Shown: piece after piece, positions 38,886-50,409 of the stretch | How positions within the stretch are numbered: position 1 is the stretch's first letter | How the letters are laid out: every line of letters starts with the position of its first letter | Origin: Vitrella brassicaformis CCMP3155 | Lineage: Eukaryota; Protista; Chromerida | Direction: 5' to 3' | NCBI GenBank assembly: GCA_001179505.1 | Contig: CDMY01000781.1 | Location: forward strand, 1-64,000 | DNA: 64,000 nucleotides | The notes under the pieces: generated by a model | The model's input: the letters and a program-made list of their open reading frames with translations, nothing else | The model's database searches: none | What the model was told of the DNA's origin: nothing | Translations under genes and position numbers: made by a program

Positions 38886-40882
38886 ATGAATACAGCAGTG
38901 CCATCCTTTCGTCAGCCGCTGCTGGCCGAAGACCGCCTGCGGATGAACGAAGGGCGGGATGGAGCTTTCGAGGACGGTGAGCTGATGCACGAGCTGTCCA
39001 AGGACACTCACGGTGGCTGCGAAGGTCCGCCTGCTGCAGATCAAGACGAAAGGCAGCGACTGATTCACCAGGTCCGCGCCACACCACACCACACCATGCA
39101 AACCAACACAAAACGCCACGCAACGCGATGAATGCCCACCCAGTGCTCTTTCTATGTGATGGATCTGTGTGTTCTTTCTATGTGATTCACAGAGGGTGCG
39201 GTGGCGGGGTCTGCATGTGGGTCTCTTGGCGGTCGCCTGGCTGACCATCTTCGTGGAGACCATTCTCTACACGGTCGTCATTCCCATCGCCCCCTTTGCG
39301 CTGCAGACCAAGCCCTTTATCCAGGGGATCGTCTTCGCCGCACACCCACTGGTGGCCTTCTTCGTCACACCAGTGGCCGGCCACTTCGTCGACACATACG
39401 GCTGGCAGGCCATCATGTGGGTGCCCTACCCGCTGCTGATCCTCGGCTGTGCGGTGTTTCTTATGCCACCATCGGTGCCCGTCTATCTGCTCGGTCGGGT
39501 CATCCTGGGGGTGTCATCATCCTTCTTGTGGCCGGCCATAATGACGGCGGTATCAGCATCCCATGACGACGGCTGCCGCAGCACGGCAACGGGCATCGCG
39601 TATAGCGCAGGTCAGTGAGGGATGGATGGATGCCCCACGGCACGGTCGTGTTGTTCATTCAGTCATTGATTGTGTCATCAGACATTGGTTCCGTGCTGGG
39701 CCCTTCTGTGGGCGGGGTCTTGTTTCAGCTTGGTGGCGACTACGTCACCTTTGCCACCATCCTTGCCCTGTCCGTGGCCGTCACGTGTCTGGCCCTCTCA
39801 CTGCGCAACCGACTCCCCTCTACCCTGGCGGATAACGCGCAGATGGAACAGGAGTTTATTTCGGGCGAGAGCGAGTCGACGCAGGAGAGGACGCCCCCCT
39901 CCGCTGCCCGGCTGCGGCGGGAGAAGTCGCGATTCGTGTCGTTCTGGGAGTGGCACTTCTGCTGCTCCTTCATGAGTCTGCTCTACGCTTGGGGGTGCCT
40001 GCTCTCCCTCCAGGCGCTCCTCCCGCTCTACTGGCGTGATCGCTTCGGCACGTCCGCGGGTGTGGTGGGCAGCATTCTGTTTCCCTGCATGCTGACTAAA
40101 GTCGTCTGTGCGGCTCTCATGCCGCTCCTGGCTGATAGGTACGTCATGCCATGCGTGTGTGGTCAGGAGCGCAATCCAATCGGCCAGGCCAGCCACTGTT
40201 ATCTATCTGTCTATCTATTGGTGTATGTGTGGGTGCGGTGCAGGTACCAGCTGCTGCCGCAAGTGTTTGTGCTGTTGGGGGTGTTTTTGTGTTGCGTGGC
40301 GGTGTCGTTGGTCATGGCTGCGGCGGTCCTGGGGGTGACCGCACAGGCGGCCATCGTCGCCGTGGCGGGCGGAGGGGTAGGCATGACCGACAGCTGTGTG
40401 GTGGCCTTTGTCGGCCTCTACGTGAAGGACAGAGGTTTCTGTGATCGCGGAAAAGGGTTTGCTGTGCTGTCTGAGGCTGTCAATCTGGGTCAGTGACTGA
40501 GTGACACTGGCGGCGTCAAATGGGTGGGTTGGGGTGGATCTGTGTGACTGTGTGTATGTCGTCCCTGCCTGCAGGCATCATGGTTTCCCCTTTGCTGTCA
40601 TCGGGCCTCACACAAATGGTCTCATACAACGCCGGCTTCGGCCTCTTGGGCTTCTGTGGCCTTGCTGTGCTGGTGCCTCAAGCCTATGCCACGTGGAAAT
40701 ACCGAGAAGCGGCGGCACGGTGGGTCAGGAAGGCCGCCGCCCACAGCTCTTGGGAGAGGGGGGACATGGAGGATGTTGCCTACTGCCCGCCGCCGCCCGA
40801 CACACGTCACGTGCTGGAGTGCCCTGACGACTGGCCGCCGGCCAAGGACGTGGCGGCCTTCCAGACCAACAGGGACGGCTAG
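38886..40882 (+). CDS. Major facilitator superfamily transporter (SLC18/DHA1-like)
   Basis: About 12 TM helices; IFVETILYTVVIP, motif-A-like AGHFVDTYG, LLGRVILGVSS, GSVLGPSVGGVLFQLGG. Confidence 0.85.
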
Positions 40883-41883
40883 GCTAAAGAGCGAGGGGCG
40901 AATTTGTGGTTGGGGTGAGTAGTTCTGTATTTGTAGGTAGGTCGGTCGGTTCCTGTTCATATGCTGAAGGAAGCATAGAATGCATTCGGTCGGCTATTTC
41001 CGTCTGAGTTGGTTGCTGGTTTCTGATGGTGCTGTGGAAGGAGATGACGTGGACATTTCTGTGTGGCGCGACACACTCACTTTTCGTGAACGTCTGTCTG
41101 GGCATGTGTGCATAGCAAGGCGGGCAATTCAGTTGACCGAATGTCATCACATAGCGATAGTTAGAGACACATGTCCACTGCACCATTCAGAGACCGGGAA
41201 AAATGGCGAGCAGCCATAGGAGGGGGGCTGGGAGGGAGGGAGGGAGGGAGAGAGGGAGGCAGGGAGGGTGGTGTGGCTGACCATTCACTCATTCGCACAT
41301 CCGTCACCTCCCATGGATGGATGGATGTACGTGTAGATCAGATAAGATAGGTAGATAGTACTACAATACAGCAGACCACCTCCCCGCTCACACTACCAAC
41401 CAACCAACCAAACCAAACCAAAGCAACTGCGCCCTCACTCCGCCAACACACGCACCCGGCGAGCACTAAGACAGCAGACATTCTCATGTCACCTCCTATC
41501 CCCTCGCCAGTGATCAAAATGGGCACGCACAGCCCTGTGGCTGGACGCCGCATGCGCTTTATTCACCAGAGAGAAGGAGCGACACGCTCACCCGTCACCC
41601 ATCTGGCACACGCACATGCACACTCATCGGCCAAAAGTAGGAGATCAAGGACGCATCATGATGCTCCTTTCACGTACACACGGGATATGCACTCTGATGC
41701 ATGGACAATCAGAATCTGCGCCCGCCCCTCGCCGCAAAAATGCGAGCCGCTTACACAGACATAGACAGAGTAGTCGACGAAGAGGCTCACGCACACACAC
41801 ACACACGCACACGCACACAAGCAAACGGGCACATCAGCATATACACGCCGGCCGTGACACCCACTACTCTCCTCTCCTGGCTG

Positions 41884-44800
41884 TTAAACACCACCAGCAG
41901 CAGGGGGCGGCCTCGCGCCAGTCCACCCATGGCCCATCGATGCGGGAGGGTACGATGGCACACCCAAAGACAACATAGGCACGTGACCATCGGGCCTCCG
42001 CCTGGGCAGCAGGGTGCTGGTCGGCGACCGAATCGGCGCCGCCTCGTGTGCTGAATGGGGCGGGGGGCCGTAGAAAGGTATATGATTGGGGTAGCCGAAA
42101 GCCGGCGTGTGTGGCGGGAGGGTGCTGATGGCCGGGCGGGGCCCCTCTAGGTCTCTCTCCGTCTTGATTCGGGCAAATGGCGAGTCGCTCTGCGGGGGGG
42201 CGGCTTGGCTCTCTCTGTCCTTGCCGTCAGTCGGCTTGCTCGGCTCCTCCCTCTTGGCTGTGTCGTGATCTTCTGCAGCGGGCGTGGCATTCCTCTGTCG
42301 GTCGTCACTCTTGCTGCTGGCGTCGCTTTTGCTGACTCTGCTGGCCTTCTTGCCACCGCCGTGCTGCCCACTCATGTCGATGTTGAGGCTAGGCGTGATG
42401 GGTTTGTTGCGCATGACGTTGGGGAAGAGCTTGTAAAAGGTGAAGTGAGCGTCGTCCCACTGGTCGTTGAGAGGCACGAGCCAGCCCTTCTCGGCCAGCT
42501 CCTTGTAATAGACCCGCGCCATCCGCTCCTTGTCATGCAAATCGTGCTGCACCTGCTGAACAGGAAACAACTTACGCCTACGGAAGATAGCCAATGGAGA
42601 AAGGCAAGGATGAGTAGACAGACAGATTGTGCATAGTCGTGGGTGGCGTGATGCTTCCATCCTTCGTTGCTGACCTGATGTGTCCCTGACAGGGCCACTC
42701 GACGCACCACGCCCCGGTGAATGGGTCCCAGAACACACCTCGTGGCGACCCCGCCTGCCGCTTGCCGACCGGCCCACGATGCAGCAGAGCACTCGACGTC
42801 GGCTCACGAGCATTGGGCATGCGGAACAGCGGGGCGGGGGGCGAGGGAGCCATGAACGCAGGCCGGTGAGGGTGGGGGCTGAGTGCGGCGGCCGGCGGGA
42901 TCATCTTGGATGGAAAGACTAGTGGGTAGGGGGGCGGGGGAGGGAAGGGCCGATGGGGGCTGCGCTGGGCGCTCAGAGGGGAGGGCATGTGAAGCGGGGG
43001 GCCTGGCGACGAAAACGATGGCGGCTGTATGGGCTTCTTGGCGGCGTCGCTTGTGGGAGCGGCAGACAGCTCTCGCGGGTCTCCATCGACGCGCCTCTCC
43101 TTGCTCGATGGCGGCCTCGATCCCCCCTCCTCTTGCCCGCCCTCGGCATCGGGCTCTGACTTGAGACAAGCGGCCTTCCTCTTGTCGCCACTGACAGCCT
43201 CTTTCTCTTGCCGCTCCTTGGCCATGCTCATGGCCGTCACAGCCGCTACCAAACTGCTGAGGCCATCAGACGGCCCATCCTCCTGTTGCTTGACACCCAC
43301 TTGTGGCTGCTGGCTCTCAGCACCGACCTCCTCTGGCGGATCTTGTGCTGCGTCGGGTGGTGCTGACTCGGCGCGGCTGTTGTTGCTGTCAGCTGGTGTG
43401 GCGGCCGATGGTTTGCCCAGGAGGGCAGAGTAGGCTTTGGAAGGGTCGAAGCCGGTGGATCGAGCGTGAAGGCGGTTGTTGACGTCCATGAGCCCCCACC
43501 TCTTAGCGACGCAGTAGAAGTCCTTGGCCACAGTGAAGGCGTGCTCCCCGTACCTGCCTTTGTTGAAGGTCCGTGTCTTGCGCTTGCCGTCGAGCCACCA
43601 GGGGACGAACCAGTTGTTGGTGTGGCTGTCGAAGTATATGCCCTGCCCGCTTGAGATGGCCTCCTCGGTCTCGCCCTCCATCGGGAAAAAGTCATACTCA
43701 CCATCGGGCATCGACACCTCAGACCCAGTGCCGTCACCCACCCCACCGTCCTCGCCCTTCAGGGCAGGGCTGCCCCTGTCGACCGCCGCATGCTGCTGGT
43801 GCCACATGGGCGGCCTGGCGGGCAATGGCGGCCCTCCCCTTCTCGCGTTGACGCACTCGGGGCAGTTGCACGGCGCGAACCCTCCCTCGTGCATCGGGTG
43901 ATGCATGAGTGGGAAGTGCGGGTGCCGGATGGCGGCGTAGGGGGGGTGGGGGGGCACATAGGGGGCCGGATGATACGGACCGTCTGGCCGATATCCATGG
44001 AGAGGTGGTGGAGGGTACGGCGGAGCGCCCCAGCCAGTGTCTGGGGGTGGAGCTGGGGGCGGGGGATAGGGATACGGGGGAGGGGGGCGCCCGAAAGTGA
44101 AAGGGCATCTCGCCGCGGGGCTCGCGCCATCCTTCGGCTTGTCCTCGTCGCCGGCGGACTCTGCGTCGTCGGCGGCCTCGGCATCATCCCCACCCTGCTG
44201 CAGCCTCTTGCGACGATTCAATATCGACAAGAGAGACGCAGAGGGGCCGCCGAGGGAATCCGCCGGTGCGGCACTTGTTCCACCGCCGCCAGCATCGTCG
44301 TCGGCCTTCTTTCTGCGCCGCGACATGAAGGTGAGTTCCTGCGCCTTTTGCCGCAGCAGTCGCTGCCACTCCATCTGGTCCTCGTCGGACAGAGCGAAGA
44401 AGGGGCTGGGGAACGGGGAGCTGGACGCGAGAACCGACTTGGACTCCTGATTGGGGTGTGCAGAGGAGGGGGCGGGTGGTTGTGATGGCGACGTGCTGGG
44501 GTCGGCAGCATCGGTGAGAGGTGGGGGAGGAACCAAGAGCGATGGGGGAGTGGATTCGCCGTTCTTGCCTGCCGCCTTCTTCCGTCGGCCGCCGTCGTTG
44601 GCCTTCCCGCGACCTCTCTTGCCCTGCAGCAATGGAACGCACATCGCCAACATGATCGTGATTCTGTGAACACCCCTGCAGGCCGTGAACTCACTCACCT
44701 TGCTGGTGCCGTGAGCAGCCCCCGTCTTGCGTCTAGCAGCGCCCTGCCCTCTTCCCTTCCTGCCTCCCCTGACCTGCCGCCTTTTCCTCGGCCGGCTGTC

Positions 44801-46868
44801 CATGTCGTCATCCAGGTCGTCCAGGAAGGCCAGCGCCAGCTCATCATCGATGCCGTCATCCGCCAAGGCCGCAGCCAGCGACGCATCATTGCCACTGCTC
44901 TTGGATCTGCCCCTCTTCTGGCTGCTCCCGCCGCCGTTGTTACCGACGTCGCCCTCAGACAGGGGCGGGTGATGCTGCTGGTGATGGTTCTTGTTGGTGG
45001 CGCCGGGGTCCACTGTCCGTTCTGGTGTGGTCATGGGGCTGTGGTCCTCGTCAGCTGCCTTGATGCTGGCCCGGACGTTGCTGGGGCGGAAGGTGGCCTT
45101 GCCGTCGGCCCGCAGCAGCTCGGCTAGCTGCTGCTGTAACGCCTCACCCTGACACACATCACATCAACCAACACAGAACACATAGACGAGTCCATGAGTC
45201 CATGACGGACGGTAGCTACCTGCTGTCCGCTGAGCGGGATGGGCAGCTGTCCCTCACTCTGCAGCTCGGCCAGCAACTCTGACGCCTTCGGATGAGACAA
45301 CGCTGCCACGGCAAGCGAGTACAGCGGGGGCAGAGCGGACTCGTGGCTCCTGTTCTGCTGCTGCTGGCCTGGCTCCTTCAGGGGCAGCCGCAAGGCCGCA
45401 TCATCGGGATCCCGATTGTCTTGGGTGGTGCCCTCTGCCGTCTGGTCAACCGGTGGCTCCTCTCCTCTGTCGTTGCCCTTGCCCTTGCTCTCGGGCTCTT
45501 GTGAGAAGTCGGCAGGGGAGGTGCCATTGGTCTGTGCACGAGCAACGATCTTGGCGAAGAGCTGGAGGCCGGCGTCATCCATGCCGCCGTCCATCGACAC
45601 ACCTGAGGGGCGGGGCTGGCCCACGTCGTCACCCTCCTCCTGCGGCTGCGCGGCGATGCGCCTTCTCTTGGCGCGCTTGTGCTTATTGTCGCCCTTGCGC
45701 TGTCTCGAGTCCTTGGCGTACTCCCACTCGCTGTCGACCTCCTCATCAGCAGCAGGGTCCTCGTCCATCTCACCCTCGTCTTGCCCCTCATCGTCTGTTG
45801 TCTCATGCCGCCCTCTGTGCCACTCCTCCTGATCGAAGCTGAGTGCGGCATCGGCCAGTGCCCGCATAGCCTCCTCGCAGTCCCGCAGGATGGCCCTGGA
45901 GTCGCGATACGCCTCCCCCACCTCAATGCTGGGCTCATCATCAGCCACACCGCCCTTGGCCGCCCTTGTCCGCATCAGCGGCTTTGTTGCCGGTGTGGCT
46001 GGCGCCGACTTGCCCTTGCTCTTGGCCCTTCCGTTGCCCTTGTTGTTACGCGAGGAATCGTCGTTTGCCTCGTCGTTTTCATCCTCGGCGTGTGGCCGCT
46101 TGTCGCCGTCTCGTTTGAAGGGGTATTTGAGGTTGAGGGCCGCCTGCCGGCGGGGGCGACTCTTGGCAATGCAGTGGTCCGGCACAGGGGGCGGCTGGCG
46201 GTTGGAGTGGCGGTTGGTGGGGGTGATGATGGGCCGCTCCTCTGGAGGCAGGTCCTTGACCATGAGCTCAATGTCGTGCAGAATGTCATCAGCACGCGCA
46301 CACGAACCTGACGACACAGACAGGCACAGAAGGGGTAAGTTATCGTGAGTGAGAGTGTCGGTCATTCATTCAGACCCTGGCACATGGCGATGTGTCGCGA
46401 GAGGGACTCGATCTGGCTGTTGAGACGAATCTTGCAGAAGGGACACACGGACGGCTTGGCGCGGCCATTCCCATTCCTCCCACTACCATCGCCAGACCTG
46501 CACACACACACACACACGCATCCGTCCATCCATCCAGAGTGGACAACGGGTCTGTCTATGCATAGCTATGTGACACCATGCAGTGGGTGTATCGGCTCTC
46601 CTTACTTCTTGGGAGGTGCCTTCTTGGGTCTCGCCTTCTTCTTCGCCGCAGCGCCCCCCTCCCCACCCGCCATCTCGGAGGCGTCGCTCTCCTCCCCATC
46701 AGCGCACCAGTCGTCGCTCGGGCCTCCATTGTTGGTCATCTGGCGGCTGTCTTTGCCGCCCTCGGTCTCCTGAGGGGGAGAAACATCCAGCTGCTGACTT
46801 GGCAGCTGAGGCCGGCTGCAGTCCTCGGCTTCACCCTCCATCGCTGCTGCACTCTCGCCTTCTCTCAT
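41884..46868 (-). CDS. ApiAP2 transcription factor with two AP2 domains and an N-terminal C2HC zinc finger
   Basis: AP2-1 GIYFDSHTNNWFVPWWLDGKRKTRTFNKGRYGEHAFTVA (~43495-43650). AP2-2 GVFWDPFTGAWCVEW...HIR|RKLFPV...MARVYY is split by an intron. Exon 46376-46497 encodes CPFC-x13-H-x3-C. All joins are in phase. Confidence 0.85.
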
Positions 46869-46971
46869 CTCAGTGGTACATGACCTCCCAGGCTTTCACA
46901 CCTCTGGCCTCTCGTCACGCGGATGCTCGTGCTGCCTGACGGTGTCAGGTCACCAGTAGCCGCGTCCGCTC

Positions 46972-47087
46972 AGCTCGCATGGCTAACTCTCTCCAAAGGT
47001 GCCACTGCATACGCCGCATCATGTGGAGTGCTCTTGCACTGCTCAAAGCAATCAGAAAAGGACTCTGCTCTGCGAGCCAAGCTCGCA
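46972..47087. promoter_or_regulatory. AGCTCGCA site plus TGCGAGCC-A-AGCTCGCA pair in the ApiAP2 divergent promoter
   Basis: Sites at 46972-46979 and 47071-47087, between ATG 46868 (-) and ATG 47228 (+). Confidence 0.5.
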
Positions 47088-47227
47088 GACCCTCGAGTGT
47101 GTTTGAAGGGGAAAGACCCCAACTCCTAAGCTGATCTGTTGCGCATCGCTCCCCGGCGTGGCGGCTTATTGCGGCTTCAGTGATCTGGAGCGTGTGTCAT
47201 TGAGGCGAGATCGAGAGGCGAGATCTG

Positions 47228-50200
47228 ATGATGCGGCGTGGCAGCAAGACCACCCGGTCATCCGACGGGAGTGGCGGCCTGCTTGGGTTCCGCATGGCGC
47301 CCGAGACTCCCCGCAGCATCGACAGGGAGGGCCGGAGGGCATCTGGGTCGTCGGCAAGAGGCACGCCCCGCGTGCAGCGGCTCGATCAGTGTGGGGTGTC
47401 GGATGTGTCATGCGACAACACCCCCGCATCCGCACAGCAGAGGGATATCGTCACCACTGCGATGCCCGCGGCCGCCAAGACGGGGGGCGATTCCGGCACA
47501 GACACTGAGGGGAAGCCAGAAGGGAAGCGGCTGCACGTCCTCACTGGTGGGTGGGTGAGGCGGGATTCGCTCCCTCGTTGGCCGTGTCTCCGGCAGTCTG
47601 CAGTGGCGGTGTGTTGTGTGTGATGTGATGTGTGCAGACACTCGTGAGGGTTTGCCTTTGTCGCTGCTGAATGACCTGGAGCATGCCAACAAGCCTCATG
47701 AGCGCGAGAGCATCCTGCTGCGGTATGCCATGCAGGTCAAGAGGGACCTCATCATGGCCAGGTGAGGCGGAGTGGGTGAGGGATGTCGATCAATGGATGA
47801 TTCACTCATCCACTCGTTCTGGACAATCTTGATTGGCGGATGGTTGGTCGTGCTGTGTTCAGGGAGGAGTGCGGTCGTGAGATAGCCTGTGCTGAGGTGG
47901 CGAGGGGCCTGTTGCGCGAGACCGATGAGGAGAAACACCAACTCGAGACCAAACTGGACACGGTACTCAGCCAGACAGGCAGGCAGGCAGCATCAACACA
48001 CACCCTTCTGGCTCGTCAACCGATTGTCTGCCTGTCTGTTTGTCTGTCTATGCGACGTTCAGCTGCAGCGCAGCATAGCTGTCCTCCGTGGCGAGCAGAA
48101 GCTGCAGCAGGAGTCCGATTCGAGCGGCGCCACATCGACCCTTATCCACACGCCCAAGGCCGAAGACATCATCACCGTCGGGGCGGTCCAGTTCGGCGAC
48201 ATGCTGCCCCCACGAGCCACATCCACCGACCACGGGGTGAGAGGAGAGGGAGTCACTGAGCGGAGGGAGGTAGTCATGTCATGACACTGATTGCATGATT
48301 CGTTCCATTATTGTGTGTTGGTCCAGTCGGCATGGTCTGACAGGAGCCACTTCAGTCCCCAGGTGCCGCCCCCAGCCAAGCTGACCGACAGGGAGAAACG
48401 AGTCAGTGTTGACTCCACACACACAGGTGAGGGAGGGAGGGAGGGAGGGACAGGCGACCAACCAACGCAGATAGATACGTGGCCCCATGAGCACATGTAA
48501 CCACATGTATGTATCTGTTCATGTCACGTCTGTCTGTCTGTCAGGTGGCGGCAACGTGTCGGTCGAGTCAGATGTGGACCCATGGGTGTCGATCGTCGAG
48601 CGGTGAGGCAGGCAGCCAGGCAGCCTGGGAGAGAAAAGACCGACACGCACACACAAGGCCCCTTGTATGTTGTGGTGTGTTGTGTGCGTGTGGGTGCGTG
48701 TGTGTGCGTCAGTGCGTTCCGCCGGTACCGTGAGATCTGGACGGAGACTGGTGCGGTAGCCGAGCAGGAGTGCGTGTTGCTGTACAGCATCCCCCGCAGA
48801 GGCCGCAACGGGGAGGTCAACAACCAGTGGTTCGAATGCACACTCGCCTACCAACCTTACAACAGACCGGGGGTAAGCCAGCGACCACTGCACAGACAGG
48901 CTTGCGCTCATGCGTTGGTGTGTGTTGTATTTGCGAAGATGTGGAGTGAGAAGACCTTTGAGTTTCTGCTGCAAGACCCCGTCAACGGCGACTTCCTCTT
49001 CCGCGTTACGCTGCCCAAGACGGAAGTCCCATGCATGTTCTTCGTCAAAGGTGCGACACTCTCACACACATGATTGATACTCACCGTCCATCCATCCATC
49101 CATCGGCCCTCTCTCTCGCTGTCTGTGTGTCTGTCTGTCTGTCTGTCTGTGTGTGTGTGTGTGTCTAGATCCCGTCTCCAACGCCAGCGACCACCCCAAC
49201 ATGGCCCACGACCAATTCTACAAGTATGCACCCGCACCACCACCCATCCGACACACATGCACACACCCATCACCCATCCCTGTTCACCTATCGTCAGCCT
49301 GGTCAACATCTCGTTGAGCTCGTTGCGCGACGGTGAGATCCTGGACGGCGACCGTCTGAGCAACATCGGCATTGCCATCCGTTTCGACGGCTGGGAGGAC
49401 GAGCAGGACGGCGACACGCCCACCGGGTGGCAGGAGGTCCGCACCCACCGCCCCAAGCCCACAAGACACTGGCTGCACTTCCTCGACGAGACCGACGGGT
49501 CATGGAAGGAACTGCCCTTCGTCGACCGAACAGCCCTGCTGCTCAACGCACGGGCCGTCACCTTCGTAGTGAGATGGAATGGATTGATGAGATGAAGGAC
49601 GGGGCGGGGCTTGGGGGTGAGGGTGATGCATGTACGCGTGTGTGTGTGTGTGTGTGTGTGCAATGTGTGTCAGATCCGCAACCATGACGGGTCGCGTTGG
49701 CTGAACGGCCCCGACGGGACCAACTTCCGCATCGGTTTCCCCGGCGCGTTTGTCATCTACCCTGACGGCAACCTCATCGAATGCTCACTCGCCAACGCCA
49801 TTCCATGTGTGTACACACACAGACAGACGAGTGCACTGACTGTGAATCGGGCAGCATGCGGTGATTGATGGTCTGTGTGTGTGTGGTCTGAGTGCAGCTG
49901 AGATTGTGGATTCGAACGTGACGCCATCGCCCAGCGGCCGCCCGGCGTGCCGCGCGCCAGACTGCTACTCAATCGGTACACACACACACACACACATCCA
50001 TCCATCCATCCCTCCATTCCCCTCTCTCTCCCTGTGTGTCGTGTGTGTCTGGTCTGCAGCAACGCCCTACGGCACCCCGCACCCGTCTGAGCCCCCGGTA
50101 GACTACTGGTATGTGGTTGACCAGGACGAGCAGGTGCACGTGGCCAACCACGACCCCCAGTCGGACGGCGACTCGTCCGACCCCACGCCACAGTGGGTGC

Positions 50201-50409
50201 CCGACCCATCCGCCGGCCCCTCACCCACGTACACGTCACGACTGCGGCAGCTGGAGCGATACGACAAGAGGGCGGGGGAGCCCGACCAGCTGGGGACGCC
50301 CTCTGACTACCACACGCCGAGGGACTTCCCCAGCCACGGCGACAAGTGGGGAGGTGGGGACCAGCACCAGTTCTACCCTCAGGAGGGAGGCTTCGTGCAG
50401 GGCTCGTGA
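47228..50409 (+). CDS. Coiled-coil protein with two putative CBM25-like glucan-binding modules
   Basis: About 11 exons join in phase. TGW...WLHF...GSW.ELP...TFVIRNHDGSRWLNGPDGTNF resembles the CBM25 pattern, with a weaker upstream copy. No catalytic domain seen. Confidence 0.55.
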
